A stretch of DNA of 64,000 nucleotides from Ascoidea asiatica JCM 7603 (lineage: Eukaryota; Fungi; Ascomycota), in contig BCKQ01000017.1 in the NCBI GenBank assembly GCA_001600695.1, positions 1-64,000 of the forward strand, in the 5' to 3' direction. Positions 11,197 to 23,366 of this stretch are shown in pieces; the first letter of the stretch is position 1; the number at the start of each line of letters is the position of its first letter. Made by a program: the position numbers and the translations under genes. The notes below the pieces were generated by a model. The model ran no database searches and was not told the origin of the DNA. It worked only from the letters and a program-made list of their open reading frames with translations.

Positions 11197-12700
11197 TTTA
11201 TAATTAAAATATATTTAAAATATATATATAATTTGTATAATTTAGTGTTTATGAAAATTATTGATTGATAGAATTTTTAATTATATATATTTCAATTTAT
11301 TTTAGCTCTCTTTGACTTAAAATATTTTATTAAATGTTATTAATTTTTAAAAAAATTGAAATCTTGGTAAAGGGTTTTTTTTTTTTTTTCTTCTTTCAAG
11401 TCTTTAAAATGCTTAAAAGTAATGAATGACAAGTTGTTAAGTAAGTAAGTTGTTTACGGATTTAATTTTTTTACTTTTACACCTTTTACTGTAAATGTTT
11501 ACCAGATCATTTAATTATTTGACTATTTAGTTATTTAGTTATTCATTTATTTTAATTTAAATTATATATACAATAAATTTGAAATAAATTAAGAAAAGTT
11601 GAATAATTTGATAGAAAAAGTAATTATTCGTTACAATATTAGAATCAAACTAGAAAACTCCAGTTGAGGACATCAAAGACAAATACATTTACTGTGGGCC
11701 ACGCAGATCGGTAAGGAGTTACGTAAGCAGCGGGCATTTAGACTAGAAGCACTGGCCATATGCTGGAGAACACTATATGCATGTTACAGGCTGATTATTG
11801 CACGAGACCAGTTATATGGATCTTTTAATGGCCTGCATTTGCCACAATTAACCAACAGGACTGTAATCAGCCCCCCAACCCGGAACTAGTTTGCCGAAAG
11901 AAGAATTATTGCAACAATAAGGTTTAGGTTTTAGTTTTCTTGAACCAGCATGAAGAAACTGATTCATACCTAATTTAGGAATACTTAAAAGCTTGATTTT
12001 TTCACGTTTTAGGTTTTCATTCAATTTAAATTTATTTTTTTTTCATTGTGTGTTGCCTAAAAGGAATGGAGGAAAAAGTACAAACTTTCTCAAATCACAA
12101 AAAAGAAGTTATAAGAAAACTTTGAGGTTACAATTAGAACTTAGTTATATTCGTTATATACTAACCCAAGTTTTATTCTTAATATTATACATTCAGTTGA
12201 TTGAATATTCACTAGAAAATAATAAAGGAGTACAATTCAAGAAATTTACTATCTTTAAGCACGTATACAAAACTGAAAATAGTTGTATATTATAGACGGA
12301 CTAATACAAATACGATAATCAAACATATAAGATTATTGATCTCAATAAAAGACAATTCTGTAAGTAAACTATTATTTTTTTTTAAAAATTTTATTTTGAA
12401 ATCCGTATATAAAAATAGAAGATAATTTAATAATAAAATCAAAGAAATCCAAATATGATTCAACATTTAAAAAAAAATGATATGAGTACCAAGACAAATA
12501 AATTTTAGAATAAACATCCAATATTCTATTCTTTTAAGACAAATTATTAAAAAATTATATTCCAACTCTTTAAGATATTATATTACCATAAATGCTTTAT
12601 TTCAAGAGATGTATTACTTTGAAAAAGATTATTATTTACACTTTTTTAATAGTACAATTATTATTATAAATATGTTGAATCTAAATATTACTAATAATTT

Positions 12701-14503
12701 TTATTGACTAATTGATTTGAATTGATTAAATTTATTCATTGCTGCTGGATGTCTTTTTAATTCATCAGGACATTTACTTGATGGACTTTTCATTATTAAA
12801 TTTTTAAGATCATATAAAATATCATTATTATCTTTTTTATGTAAAAAAGTAATTGAAGTACCAAATTTACCAGCTCTACCAGTTCTACCAATTCTATGAG
12901 TATAATCTTCTATACTTCTTGCCATTTGATAATTTAAAACTAAAGAAACATTATCAATATCAATACCTCTACCAGCAACATCAGTTGCAATTAAAATATC
13001 AACTTTACCATTTTTTAAATTCATTATAGCTAATTCTCTTTGATCTTGATTTTTTGAACCATGAATAATAGTTGATTTTAAATTAGTTTTTAAATTTATT
13101 AAATCATTTAAAATTTCACATGTTTTTTTAAAATTTACAAAAATTATTATTGGTGGTTTAAAATTATTTGAATTAATAATTTGAATTAATTTTTTATTTT
13201 TTTCATCATCTGAATTTATAAATTCAATTTTTTGATTAATAGTATCAACAGCTTGATTTAAATTACCAATTTGAATAATATTTGGATTAATTAAATAATT
13301 TTTAATTAATTTTTTTATTAATAATGGCATTGTAGCTGTAAACATATTTGTTATTCTTTTTTTTGGTAAAATATTTAAAATTTTTGAAACTTGAATTTCA
13401 AAACCTAAATCAATCATTCTATCAGCTTCATCTAAAATTAAATAATTACAATAATTTAAAATTATAATTTTTCTATCTAAACAATCTAATAATCTACCAG
13501 GAGTTGCAATTAAAATATCAACACCATCTTGTAAATCAAATGAATTTGTTTCTAATTTATAACCACCAATTATTGAAATAACTTTTAAATTTAATCTTAA
13601 ACAAAATTTTTTACATTCTTTTTCAATTTGTTGAGCTAATTCTCTTGTTGGAGATAAAATTAAAGAATATGAACCATTTTTATTAAATTTATTTATAAAA
13701 TTATTTTTTAAATTTTTTTTAATTAATAAATAATTTAATAAAGGTATTATATAACTTAAAGTTTTTCCAGAACCAGTTTTTGCAATACCTAAAACATCTT
13801 TAAAATTTAAAGATATTGGAATTGTAGCTCTTTGAATAGAAGTTGGATTTAAATAATTTAAAATTTTTAAAATATTTAAAATTTTTAAATTTATTTTACT
13901 TTCATTCCAATATCTTAATGGTTTTTCAATAATATTATTACCTTTAAAATTTATTTCAAAATCTTCTTTTAAAATTCTCCAATCTCTTTCAGTCATTTCT
14001 TTTAAAGATTTTTCACTCCAATGTTTATCATTCCATTTTAAATTTATACTATTATTGTTGTTATTGTTATTATTAGTAATAAGTGATTGTTGATAAGAAA
14101 TGATTTGAGAATTAGATGAAGTATCATCTTCTTCATTCCAAGTGAAATTAAATTTATTTGATTTTAATTTTTTTTTAATTTGATTTTGATTCTTATCATC
14201 ATTTTTTTTATATATACTTTTATAATCATAATCATAATCATAATCATAATCATATGAATCAATATCATTTTTAATTATTTTCAAATTAATTTGTTTATTT
14301 TCTTGTTTTCTTGAATCATTATTTAATGATAAATTATCTTGATTAGTTTTTGGTTTATCTTTATCTTTATCTTTATCTTTATCTTTTTCTTGATTTAATT
14401 TCAATCTTTTCTTTTTGGATATAAATTTTATTTTATTATTAGTTATTATATTTTTTTTAGCTATTAATTCATCCAAGGAAATTGGATTTTTTCTTTTAGA
14501 CAT
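12701..14503 (-). CDS. PRP28: U5 snRNP DEAD-box helicase Prp28
   Basis: HWSEKSLKEMTERDWRILKEDF (Prp28/DDX23 signature), AKTGSGKT, PTRELA, DEAD, HRIGRTGR. ATG at 14503 preferred over GTG at 14509. Confidence 0.92.
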   Translation of the reverse strand: MSKRKNPISLDELIAKKNIITNNKIKFISKKKRLKLNQEKDKDKDKDKDKPKTNQDNLSLNNDSRKQENKQINLKIIKNDIDSYDYDYDYDYDYKSIYKKNDDKNQNQIKKKLKSNKFNFTWNEEDDTSSNSQIISYQQSLITNNNNNNNNSINLKWNDKHWSEKSLKEMTERDWRILKEDFEINFKGNNIIEKPLRYWNESKINLKILNILKILNYLNPTSIQRATIPISLNFKDVLGIAKTGSGKTLSYIIPLLNYLLIKKNLKNNFINKFNKNGSYSLILSPTRELAQQIEKECKKFCLRLNLKVISIIGGYKLETNSFDLQDGVDILIATPGRLLDCLDRKIIILNYCNYLILDEADRMIDLGFEIQVSKILNILPKKRITNMFTATMPLLIKKLIKNYLINPNIIQIGNLNQAVDTINQKIEFINSDDEKNKKLIQIINSNNFKPPIIIFVNFKKTCEILNDLINLKTNLKSTIIHGSKNQDQRELAIMNLKNGKVDILIATDVAGRGIDIDNVSLVLNYQMARSIEDYTHRIGRTGRAGKFGTSITFLHKKDNNDILYDLKNLIMKSPSSKCPDELKRHPAAMNKFNQFKSISQ

Positions 14504-14731
14504 TATCACTTACAACTTAGTTTATTTATTTATTAATATATTGTAATAAAAGATATAAGAAGTTTATTGCCACTGAAGAAGAATTAAAATACAAATTTTA
14601 AATACAAATTTTACTTCAATTCAAATTCATCTTTTTCAGTACGGAAGGGACAGGAAGAGGCCCGTGTTGGGACCGTGGCTGAAGTGGTGTGTCCCGGAAA
14701 AGAAACCGGAAAAAAAAAATTAACGGCGAAA

Positions 14732-14742
14732 TGAAAAATTTT
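14732..14742 (+). promoter_or_regulatory. RRPE element upstream of NHP2
   Basis: TGAAAAATTTT about 160 bp upstream of a ribosome-biogenesis gene. Confidence 0.6.
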
Positions 14743-14901
14743 AATTTTCACATTGAAATTTGCAGAGATCGAAGAAGAAGAAAAGAAGAGAAACAGTTTG
14801 GTGATAGAGAATTGGGATTGTGATTATAGAAGAGTAACTAGATAATATAAGTAAAGGTAGAAGTAGAAGTAGAAGTATAAGGATAAATAAATAGTCTCAG
14901 A

Positions 14902-15357
14902 ATGTCAGTAAAGAAGGAGAAGAAAGAAGATGGTGATAACTATGAAAGAAGATTACCTGCAGTTTTAACATTTGCAAAACCATTAGCACCTAAGAAATTA
15001 AATAAAAAAATTTTAAAAACTGTTAAAAAAGCAGCAAAACAAAAACATGTTAAAAGAGGAGTTAAAGAAGTTGTTAAAGCATTAAGAAAAGGAGAAAAAG
15101 GATTAGTTATTATTGCTGGAGATATTTCACCACCAGATGTTATATCACATTTACCAATATTATGTGAAGATAATATAGTACCATATATATTTATTCCATC
15201 AAAAGAAGATTTAGGATCAGCAGGAGCTACAAAAAGACCAACAAGTTGTATTATGATTGTTCCAGGTGGAGGAAAATCTAATAAAAAAAATTCAGGTGAT
15301 AGTGAAGAATATAAAGAAGGATTTGATGATGTTGTAAAAGAAATACCTTCTTTATAA
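14902..15357 (+). CDS. NHP2: H/ACA snoRNP protein Nhp2 (L7Ae family)
   Basis: FAKPLAPKKLNKK, VKRGVKEVVKALRKGEKG, GSAGATKRPTS. Confidence 0.96.
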   Translation: MSVKKEKKEDGDNYERRLPAVLTFAKPLAPKKLNKKILKTVKKAAKQKHVKRGVKEVVKALRKGEKGLVIIAGDISPPDVISHLPILCEDNIVPYIFIPSKEDLGSAGATKRPTSCIMIVPGGGKSNKKNSGDSEEYKEGFDDVVKEIPSL

Positions 15358-15408
15358 TATTAATATCTATATTAATATCTATATATAAAGTATACATAAA
15401 GTATATAA

Positions 15409-16020
15409 TTATAAATTTTTAAAATTTATATAATTTTTAGAATTATCTTCAAGAATTTCCTTTGCAATTTTTATATCTATATTTATATCATTGATTAAAA
15501 GTTTTAAATTTATAAAATTTAATTCTGGTCTTAAATAACCTAAGATATTAAATTTAATTTTTGCACCATAAAAATTATTATTAAAATTTTTAATTATATG
15601 AATCTCACAACTTTTTTCATTATTTTTAAAAAATGGATTATAACCAATTGACATAACTTGAGGAAAAATATTATTTAAATCATTAATTTCATTTAATTTA
15701 TAACCATAATTAAATTCAATTTTTTTAATTCTTTCATTAATTAATTTTTTATCTTTCGAATTAGAATTAAAATTTGAATTTAAATGAGTTTTTAAATTAT
15801 GAGATAATGATTTTTTTTCATTTTTAAATAATTTACAATATCCAAAATATACTCCAGGTTTAAGTTGTTTGAAATCATTGGAAGTTTGAGATATTGGAAT
15901 ATTTGCAGTTGGAATTCCAAGATCTGAAGAACCTCTGCCAAAACCTGAGATTATCTCACAGCACTCAGTCAATGGAAATGGAGCCATTGGCGAGTCTGGA
16001 ATCTCTGCTCTCACCTTCAT
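15409..16020 (-). CDS. FMN1: Riboflavin kinase
   Basis: GFGRGSSDLGIPTANI, MSIGYNPFF, EIHII, LGYLRPE. Confidence 0.94.
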   Translation of the reverse strand: MKVRAEIPDSPMAPFPLTECCEIISGFGRGSSDLGIPTANIPISQTSNDFKQLKPGVYFGYCKLFKNEKKSLSHNLKTHLNSNFNSNSKDKKLINERIKKIEFNYGYKLNEINDLNNIFPQVMSIGYNPFFKNNEKSCEIHIIKNFNNNFYGAKIKFNILGYLRPELNFINLKLLINDINIDIKIAKEILEDNSKNYINFKNL

Positions 16021-16465
16021 GTTGTCAGTGACTGAACTGTTCTCTGCTCTCTTTCTCTTTCTCTGTCTCTGTCTTCTTCTTATTACTCTCTCTTCTTCTT
16101 CCTCTTCTTCCTCTTCTTATTTCTCTCTGTGTCACTGTTTTCTTCACTTTCTTCACTTTCTTCACTTTCCTCTTTTTGATCTTCTTTTTCATTTCCGGTC
16201 TCATTTCCGAGATCTTTTTTATTTCCGGTTTTCTTATCCGGTAGAAGACCCATCACTCTGGTCTCGCATCTCACTTTAATCCGACCTTGTCACCTGACTT
16301 CCCTTGTCTTTCCCCTCGGTTCTCGTACAACAACAAAAAAAAAAAAAACAAAAACAAAATTAAATTTTTGGTGTTTTTGCTTCTTTTGAATTAAAACCTC
16401 AGGAAGAAAAGAAAAGAAATGAAATGAAAAGAAATGAAATGAAATGAAATGAAATGAAATCAGAT

Positions 16466-16498
<33 letters not shown>

Positions 16499-16558
16499 AA
16501 ATCACTCAAGCAATACTTTCTCTTTATATATGTACAATAATCAAACCTCAAATCTATA

Positions 16559-18424
16559 ATGGATAATCAACAAGATTTCATTAAACAAAAATTAAAATAT
16601 AATAATTTAGCTTTATTATTAATTAAAAATCCAGATAATTATGATAATTGGTTAATTTTATTAAATTATTTAAAAAATTTAAATGGTGGAATTTCTAAAA
16701 AAAGTCCAATTTTTCAAAAAAATTTATTATTCTTAACTTATAAAAATTTCTTAAATAAATTTCCAAATTTTGAAAATTTTTGGATAAATTTTGCAAAAAT
16801 TAAATTTAATTTAGGTTTAACTAATAATTCTGAAAAAATTTATTTAAATGCAATTAAAATTTTACCAAATTCATTAAAAATTTGGTTAAATTATTTAAAA
16901 TTTAAATTATTAATAATTAATAATTCAAATAATTATAAAAAAAAAATTAATTCATTATCATTATCATTATCATTATCAATTTCAAAATATAATTATATAT
17001 ATATGAAAAAATTATTTCAAATTGCTGAAAATAAAATTGGTTTACATTTCTTAAGTTTTGAATTTTATAAATTATATTTAGATTTTGAAGAAAATTATAA
17101 TAATTTTGATGAAAATATTAATACCAACAACAAACTTATACAACAATTTAATATTTTAAGAAAATTAATTGAATTACCAATTTATCATTATAGTAAAGCT
17201 TATAAATTATTTATAAATTTTATTGAAATAAATTTAAATTCAAAAAATATTTTAAATTTTATAAATTTAAAAGATTTAATAAAATTTAATTATAATCCAA
17301 AATCAATAAAATTTGAAATTTTAAATGATAAAAATAATAAAATTTTAAAAGATTTAAAAATTAAATTAAAAAAAATTTTTATTGAAGTTTATATCACTAC
17401 TCAATATAATGTTTTTAAAATTTATAATTTTGAAAAAAATCTTTTACATCCTTTTTTTCATTTAACTTATTTATCAAAACAAGAATTATTAACTTGGGAA
17501 TCATATTTATCATATTATGAAATTAAATTATTAAATTTAGATTTAAAAAATAAAGATTTAATAATTAAAAAAAAAAATATTAATAATCTCATTCAAAATT
17601 TATATCAAAGATGTTTAATTTCAACAGCTTTATATGATAAATATTGGTTAAGATTTTCAAATTATTTAATAAATTTAAATAATTTTGAAAATGCAAAAAA
17701 TTTATTATTAAAATCTAATTTTTTTTTACCAAAATCTTCATTATTAACAAAATTTAAATTAATTGAAATTGAATTATTTCAATCAAATTATTTTAAAGCA
17801 AATGATTTAATTTTATTATTAATTAAAAATTTTTCAAATATTAATATAATTTGGTTATATTTTTTAAATATTCAAAATTTATTTCATTCAAATGATTTAA
17901 ATATTGATTATCAATTTGATAATAATGATAAAAAAGAAAATTATATTATAAAATTAATGGAAGATAAATTAAATTTAATTGAAAATATAAAAATTTATAA
18001 AGGATTTGAAAATTTTTTTGAATATTTAATAAATTTTAATAATATTTCAATATTTGAAAAATTAAAATTTTTTTTAAAATTTAAAGAAAAATTTAAATGG
18101 AGTTTAAAATTTTGGAAATATTTTTTAAAATTTTTAATATTTAATAAAAATAATATTTATATTGAATATTTTAATGAATTTGAATTACCTAAAGAAGTAT
18201 GTAAAAATTTAATAAATTATTTAAAAATTAAAGAAATTTATTTAGAAAGTTTAAAAATTAATAAATTAAATAAAAATAAGAATATTGAAGAATATTTAAT
18301 TGATTTAAAAATATTTGAAATTGAGAATAAAATAGGTGAAGAATTTGATAATAAATTAATAAATTTAGATATTAATGAAATTTATTTAAATCATTTAAAT
18401 TCATATAACTATATAATTATATAA
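16559..18424 (+). CDS. PRP42: U1 snRNP HAT-repeat protein, Prp42/Prp39 family
   Basis: HAT repeats (FLNKFPNFENFWINFA, IGLHFLS, ELPIYHY, LYQRCLISTALYDKYW). Adjacency to FMN1, as in S. cerevisiae, favours PRP42 over PRP39. Confidence 0.7.
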   Translation: MDNQQDFIKQKLKYNNLALLLIKNPDNYDNWLILLNYLKNLNGGISKKSPIFQKNLLFLTYKNFLNKFPNFENFWINFAKIKFNLGLTNNSEKIYLNAIKILPNSLKIWLNYLKFKLLIINNSNNYKKKINSLSLSLSLSISKYNYIYMKKLFQIAENKIGLHFLSFEFYKLYLDFEENYNNFDENINTNNKLIQQFNILRKLIELPIYHYSKAYKLFINFIEINLNSKNILNFINLKDLIKFNYNPKSIKFEILNDKNNKILKDLKIKLKKIFIEVYITTQYNVFKIYNFEKNLLHPFFHLTYLSKQELLTWESYLSYYEIKLLNLDLKNKDLIIKKKNINNLIQNLYQRCLISTALYDKYWLRFSNYLINLNNFENAKNLLLKSNFFLPKSSLLTKFKLIEIELFQSNYFKANDLILLLIKNFSNINIIWLYFLNIQNLFHSNDLNIDYQFDNNDKKENYIIKLMEDKLNLIENIKIYKGFENFFEYLINFNNISIFEKLKFFLKFKEKFKWSLKFWKYFLKFLIFNKNNIYIEYFNEFELPKEVCKNLINYLKIKEIYLESLKINKLNKNKNIEEYLIDLKIFEIENKIGEEFDNKLINLDINEIYLNHLNSYNYIII

Positions 18425-18667
18425 TATTTTAATATTTTAATAAATAATTTATGCATTTTATAATAAAAAGTAAATAAAAAAAGGATTAAGTAAGTAAGTA
18501 AGTAAGTAAATAAGGAAGATAAGATAAGATAAAATTTGAATGCATTTTTTAATAAAATAATGTTAAAAGATATCAAAAATAATATCAAATAAATATTAAA
18601 CAAAATAAGTAAATATATAATTAAAATAAGATAAAAAATAGGTTTTAAAAAAAGGGGTAAGGAATGA

Positions 18668-19495
18668 TTATTTTGAAGTATTCTTGAAAGATTTATCATT
18701 TTTTTTATTATTACTTGTTATATTTTTAATATTATTTTCTTCTTGATCATTTTGTTCTTGTTCATCTTGATCATCATCATCATCATCATCATTGTCACCA
18801 TCATCATCATCATCATCATCATCATCTTCACTGAATTCTTCCATGAGAGAATCTTCATCATAACTTTCATCATTACTATACCAAAAACAATCATCAATAT
18901 TATTATCATCATCATTAGTTGGTATAGAAGCGGAATAAGCATTATTTGCAGTTGGCATAATAAAATCTTCAGGTATATCAGATTTACTTCTTGTAACTTC
19001 AGCTTTAATTTTTTTATTATAAGCATCTTTATTTCTTCTCCATTCAACAGCAGCATCAACATTTGCAGGTGAAGAAATATTTGGATCTTCTAATAAAGAA
19101 ACAATTGAAACTAAAACACTTTCAACACTTTGAGTTGGTCTCCAAGTTTCAATATCAGGTTCTTCAGAAGTTGGATCACCACCTTGATGTAAGATTGAAA
19201 TACATAATCTACCATCTTTATAAACATTTGGATGATAAATTGGAGGAGTGAATCTAAAAGTTGGTGGAGAAAATGGAAAATCATCAGGAAATTTCATTTG
19301 AGCTCTAAAATAACCACCTTTATAAGCAGAATCATCATTTAAAACCATAACACCAATAATCCAAGAAAATATATTTTCATTTTCTAATTCTATATGAAAA
19401 CATGGTATACCTCTTTTATGATCAGTTAATTCTCTAAATTGTCGTAAAAGTATTGCGGCGGCTGAATTTGAATTTGGATTTGAATTTGAAGACAT
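18668..19495 (-). CDS. CDC34: SCF ubiquitin-conjugating enzyme Cdc34
   Basis: HPNVYKDGRLCISILH followed by the acidic loop QGGDPTSEEPDIETW; SSPANVDAA; acidic C-terminal tail. Confidence 0.95.
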   Translation of the reverse strand: MSSNSNPNSNSAAAILLRQFRELTDHKRGIPCFHIELENENIFSWIIGVMVLNDDSAYKGGYFRAQMKFPDDFPFSPPTFRFTPPIYHPNVYKDGRLCISILHQGGDPTSEEPDIETWRPTQSVESVLVSIVSLLEDPNISSPANVDAAVEWRRNKDAYNKKIKAEVTRSKSDIPEDFIMPTANNAYSASIPTNDDDNNIDDCFWYSNDESYDEDSLMEEFSEDDDDDDDDDGDNDDDDDDDQDEQEQNDQEENNIKNITSNNKKNDKSFKNTSK

Positions 19496-20180
19496 TTTTT
19501 TTTATATAATATGTTATGAATGTATTATGAATGTATTATGAATGTGCTATTAATGTATTATTGATGTATTATTGATGTATTATTGATGTATTGATAGTGA
19601 ATAGGGATGTATATATTAAAATCAAGAATTTGAGAAATTAAGAAATTAAGAATTAAGAATTTGCAGAGAGTATAAATACAAAGTATAAATAATAAATAGT
19701 ACGGTAGATAAGTAGTAGTAGCAGTAGTAGTGGTAGTAGTAGTAGTGTAGGGCACTACTACTGGTATTAATGGTGATTGCAGTGCTCCAGAGCCAGGAAG
19801 CAAAAGAAGCAGAAACAGAAACAGAAACAGAAACAGAACAGAACAGAGCCAGAGCAGGCAGCAGAAGAAGCACACGCAGCAGAAGAAGCACACGCAGCAG
19901 CAAAGACGTGGACTCTCGAGACAATCCGCCACTCACCAGCCAGGCAGCGACTGTCTCGTGATATTCCATTATTAATCATGTGACCATAAGAGATAATCAT
20001 TCTAACTAAGCTGAAAAGAACTTATTCCATTATTAGATAATTTATTACTAACTATCTATTACAAAACTTGAAAACATTAGTGTTTGATTATTGATATTGA
20101 TAATTATGTATCAATTCCATACAGCTACTGGAACCAATCAGAAGCGCGAAGCAAATAAAAAAGTATTTTGAGTGTCGAAA

Positions 20181-20211
20181 TAGGACAAATCTAGGATATG
20201 GTTCTAGGACA
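20181..20211 (-). promoter_or_regulatory. Cluster of TAGGRCW-like motifs
   Basis: TAGGACA 20181, TAGGATA 20192, TAGGACA 20205; lies between the TUB4 3' end and the CDC34 promoter. Confidence 0.4.
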
Positions 20212-20331
20212 GCTTCTCTTTCTATACTAACCTAGTATATTATCATAAATTCAAACAAATATACAGTATATCATCATTACTTATTGATTAATTCATAAAA
20301 TATTATTATATTATAATATCATATAACAATA

Positions 20332-22177
20332 TCATATAACAATATCATTATCACCAACATCATTATCATTATCTTCATTATGTTCTTGACCTTGTTCTTT
20401 AGACTCATGATCTTCAAATTCAACATCTTCATCATCACCATAATCATAATCATCATCATCATCATCATCATCATCACTACAATCAAGATATGAAATTGAT
20501 TCACTTTTTTTATATTCATCAATAATATTTTCTACACAATTTCTACTTTCTTTAAATTCTTCTAATAATTCATTATTACCACTTAAACCTTCTGAAAATA
20601 AATTTCCAGCACCTTTTTTATAATTATCTAAAAATGCATTTCTTTTAATAATTATATCAAATTCTTTTAAAATTTTTTTAAATAATTTATTAATTTTTGA
20701 ACTATTTGATAACATTAATCCTGTACTTGTACTTGTACTTGTACTTGTACTTGTACTTGTACTTGTACTTGTACTTTTATTAAATTTTAAATATGGTGAT
20801 TTTTTACAATAAAATAAATTTATATTTGAATTTATCCATGGTACAAATTCAATTCTATCTTCAATTTTTATTAATGCTTTTTGTATATCATTTTGTTCTT
20901 GAATTAAATAATTATTATCACCATTTACAATATTTTTATTATAATTATAATTATATGTATTATCAATTGTTAAAAAATTTAATATTGAAATATATTTATT
21001 ATTTGAATTATTTTCAATTATTGTTGAATAATCTTTATCTTCATAATCATTAATATCATTAATATCATTATCATAATCTTTAACCATTTTAACTTTTTTA
21101 TTTAATAATTCTAATAATATATCATATGTTGAACTTTTTCTAATATCTTTAACATTTGAAACATAATCTTTTGTAAATGGATAATAACTTGGTATTAAAA
21201 AATGTAATTGAGAAATTGGTATTAATGATGTTATAATACTATTTAATGATGTATACATATTTCTTGGAAATCTTATTGGATTTGTAATTGATGAAATTAC
21301 TGTTGAAATTAATTCATTAATTTCATTAAATGATATATTTTTATTTTTTAAATTTTCTAAAGCTATAGAATTTAAAGATCCATTATCCATAATTATTGAA
21401 CAATCTGAAAATTCAATTAATCTTTTTAATGTTAAAATTATATTATATGATTGTACAACAACATCACCACTATCTTCTGATGGAAATATTGAATATGTTT
21501 TAATAATTTTTTTTGGAAAATTATCTGATAAATTTTCTAAGAAATATGATCCTAATCCAGATCCTGTACCTCCAGCAACTGAATGAATTAATTGAAATCC
21601 TTCTAATTCATCACATGAATCAATTTCTTTATTAATCATTTCAACTAATTCTTCATTATGTTGATAAGAATAATTAAATCCAGATAACCAATTATTACCT
21701 GCTCCACTACCATTTTTTCCATTATAAAAATTTTTTGGATTAAATAAATTTTTTAATGAATTTTGAATATTTGATAAAACTCTTGGTTCTAAATCAATTA
21801 ATAATGATCTTGGTGTAAATCTATTATTATCAGATTCATAAAAAAATATATTTTTTCTATCTTCAATTAAAATATTATTTTCAATTCCAATTATCTCATT
21901 TTTTTTATTTAAATTATTATTATATAATAATGAATTAAATGTACCATCTAAAGAAATTCCATGTTCATAACATAATTGTTTCCAAAATTGTTGACCTATT
22001 TGATTACCACATTGTCCTGCTTGTAAAGTTATTATTTCACTAAAAAAATATGATAAATAAATTTTATAAATAAATTTTATAAAAAAACTTGTTAATAATT
22101 GAAATTTATAATAATTAATTAGAAATTATATTATTTTATTTTAAAAATTATTTAAATTGAATATCATACCCTGGCAT
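20332..22177 (-). CDS. TUB4: Gamma-tubulin, two exons (22177-22170 and 22039-20332), ~571 aa
   Basis: Spliced start reads MPGEIITLQAGQCGNQIG; PRSLLIDLEPRV, GAGNNW, HSVAGGTGSGLGS, GLMLSN. Exon 2 is in frame with the 21639 ORF. Confidence 0.95.
20723..20775. repeat. (TGTACT)n hexamer repeat encoding a poly-(ST) insertion in gamma-tubulin
   Basis: Directly visible. Confidence 0.9.
22040..22169 (-). other. Spliceosomal intron of TUB4 (130 nt)
   Basis: 5' GTATGA at 22169, branch-like TATTAAC 22097-22091, TTTTTTTAG ending at 22040. Removal restores the conserved MPGEIIT start. Confidence 0.88.
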
Positions 22178-22332
22178 ATTTCAGAAATAAATAAATTAAA
22201 TGAAATTAAAACAAACTAATTCAAATATATCTAATTGAAATTATTTAATATTTTTAATCTATTATAATAAATCAAATAAATTAAAATACAGTATATTTAA
22301 ATCACTTAAATCAGTTGAAGTTATTGTTAAAT

Positions 22333-22356
22333 ACGCGTTAATTCTTCGTTACGCGT
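22333..22356. promoter_or_regulatory. Two MCB (ACGCGT) G1/S elements upstream of TUB4
   Basis: ACGCGT at 22333 and 22351, ~155-180 bp upstream of the ATG, in otherwise CpG-poor DNA. Two TTACGTAA bZIP-type palindromes follow at 22387 and 22399. Confidence 0.65.
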
Positions 22357-22529
22357 TCACGTTTGTTTTTTATTCAAATTATCGTATTACGTAAGACATT
22401 ACGTAACCAGAGCTTTACGAATATTTAATATTTATTACAGTACTTGAAATAGAAATAGAAATAGAAAATGAAATTAAAACTTGAGTTATTTGTGTATAAC
22501 AATAGTATATAACAATAGTATATACACTA

Positions 22530-23366
22530 TTAGAAAACAAAAGTTTGATCACCTAATTTAGAAACAGGTTTAGCCTTTGCAAAACCTAAAGATACACCAG
22601 CTTTTTTAATTGCACTTACCATTGGTGGTGGACCACAAATTAATAAACTTGAATCTGAAGAAGCCTTTGGTAATTTTTCAGATAAAATTTCTTGAGTAAT
22701 AAAACCAGAACCACCATCCCAATTATTTGGTGGATTATTTAAAACATGATAAACTTTAATATTAGAATTATTTTTAATAATTTTATCTAATTCTGCTTTT
22801 AATAATATATCTTGTTCAGAAACATTACCATATATTAAAGAAACTTTAGTATTATCATTTGGATTTGAAATTATAGCTTTAATAATTTGATACATTGGAG
22901 TTATACCAGTACCACCAGCTACCATTCCAAAAGATTTAAACATATTTGATGTATATGTGAAAAAACCTTTTGGACCTTTAACATTAATATTTTGTCCAAT
23001 ATCTAAATTTGCAATTAATTTAGATATATTACCAGTTGGATAAGATTTAATTAAAAGATCAAAATAACCTTTGGAATCTAAATCTAATGAAGTTGGAGTA
23101 TATGATCTAACAATTTCTTTACCATTTATAATTTCACCAATTGAAATATGTTGACCAATTGGTAAACCTAAAATATCATTTGGTCTTGGTAAACCAAATC
23201 TATAAATTCCAGAATTATGTGATAAAATAGTTTTTTGAATTAATGGAAATTTTTGAAATTCATTTTTTTTTAAAACTTTACGTTCTTTTGGTGAAATAAT
23301 TAAAACATAAGCAGCAATTGAAGCTGCAACAGTTATAAAACTAGCTGCAAAAACTTGAGTATACAT
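22530..23366 (-). CDS. CBR1: NADH-cytochrome b5 reductase
   Basis: N-terminal anchor, [34 protein letters not shown], terminal FVF. Confidence 0.92.
   Translation of the reverse strand: MYTQVFAASFITVAASIAAYVLIISPKERKVLKKNEFQKFPLIQKTILSHNSGIYRFGLPRPNDILGLPIGQHISIGEIINGKEIVRSYTPTSLDLDSKGYFDLLIKSYPTGNISKLIANLDIGQNINVKGPKGFFTYTSNMFKSFGMVAGGTGITPMYQIIKAIISNPNDNTKVSLIYGNVSEQDILLKAELDKIIKNNSNIKVYHVLNNPPNNWDGGSGFITQEILSEKLPKASSDSSLLICGPPPMVSAIKKAGVSLGFAKAKPVSKLGDQTFVF

Noticed and set aside
11993-12295. 100-aa ORF
   Set aside because: TTG start, no homology, no codon signal.
16019-16279. Short ORFs upstream of or antisense to FMN1
   Set aside because: CT/GA stutter repeats in the promoter island.
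18718-20000. Overlapping short ORFs with poly-M/I/C/Q (18718, 18743, 19558, 19646, 19767, 19770, 19777)
   Set aside because: Shadow frames of microsatellites in CDC34 and its GC island; no domain content.
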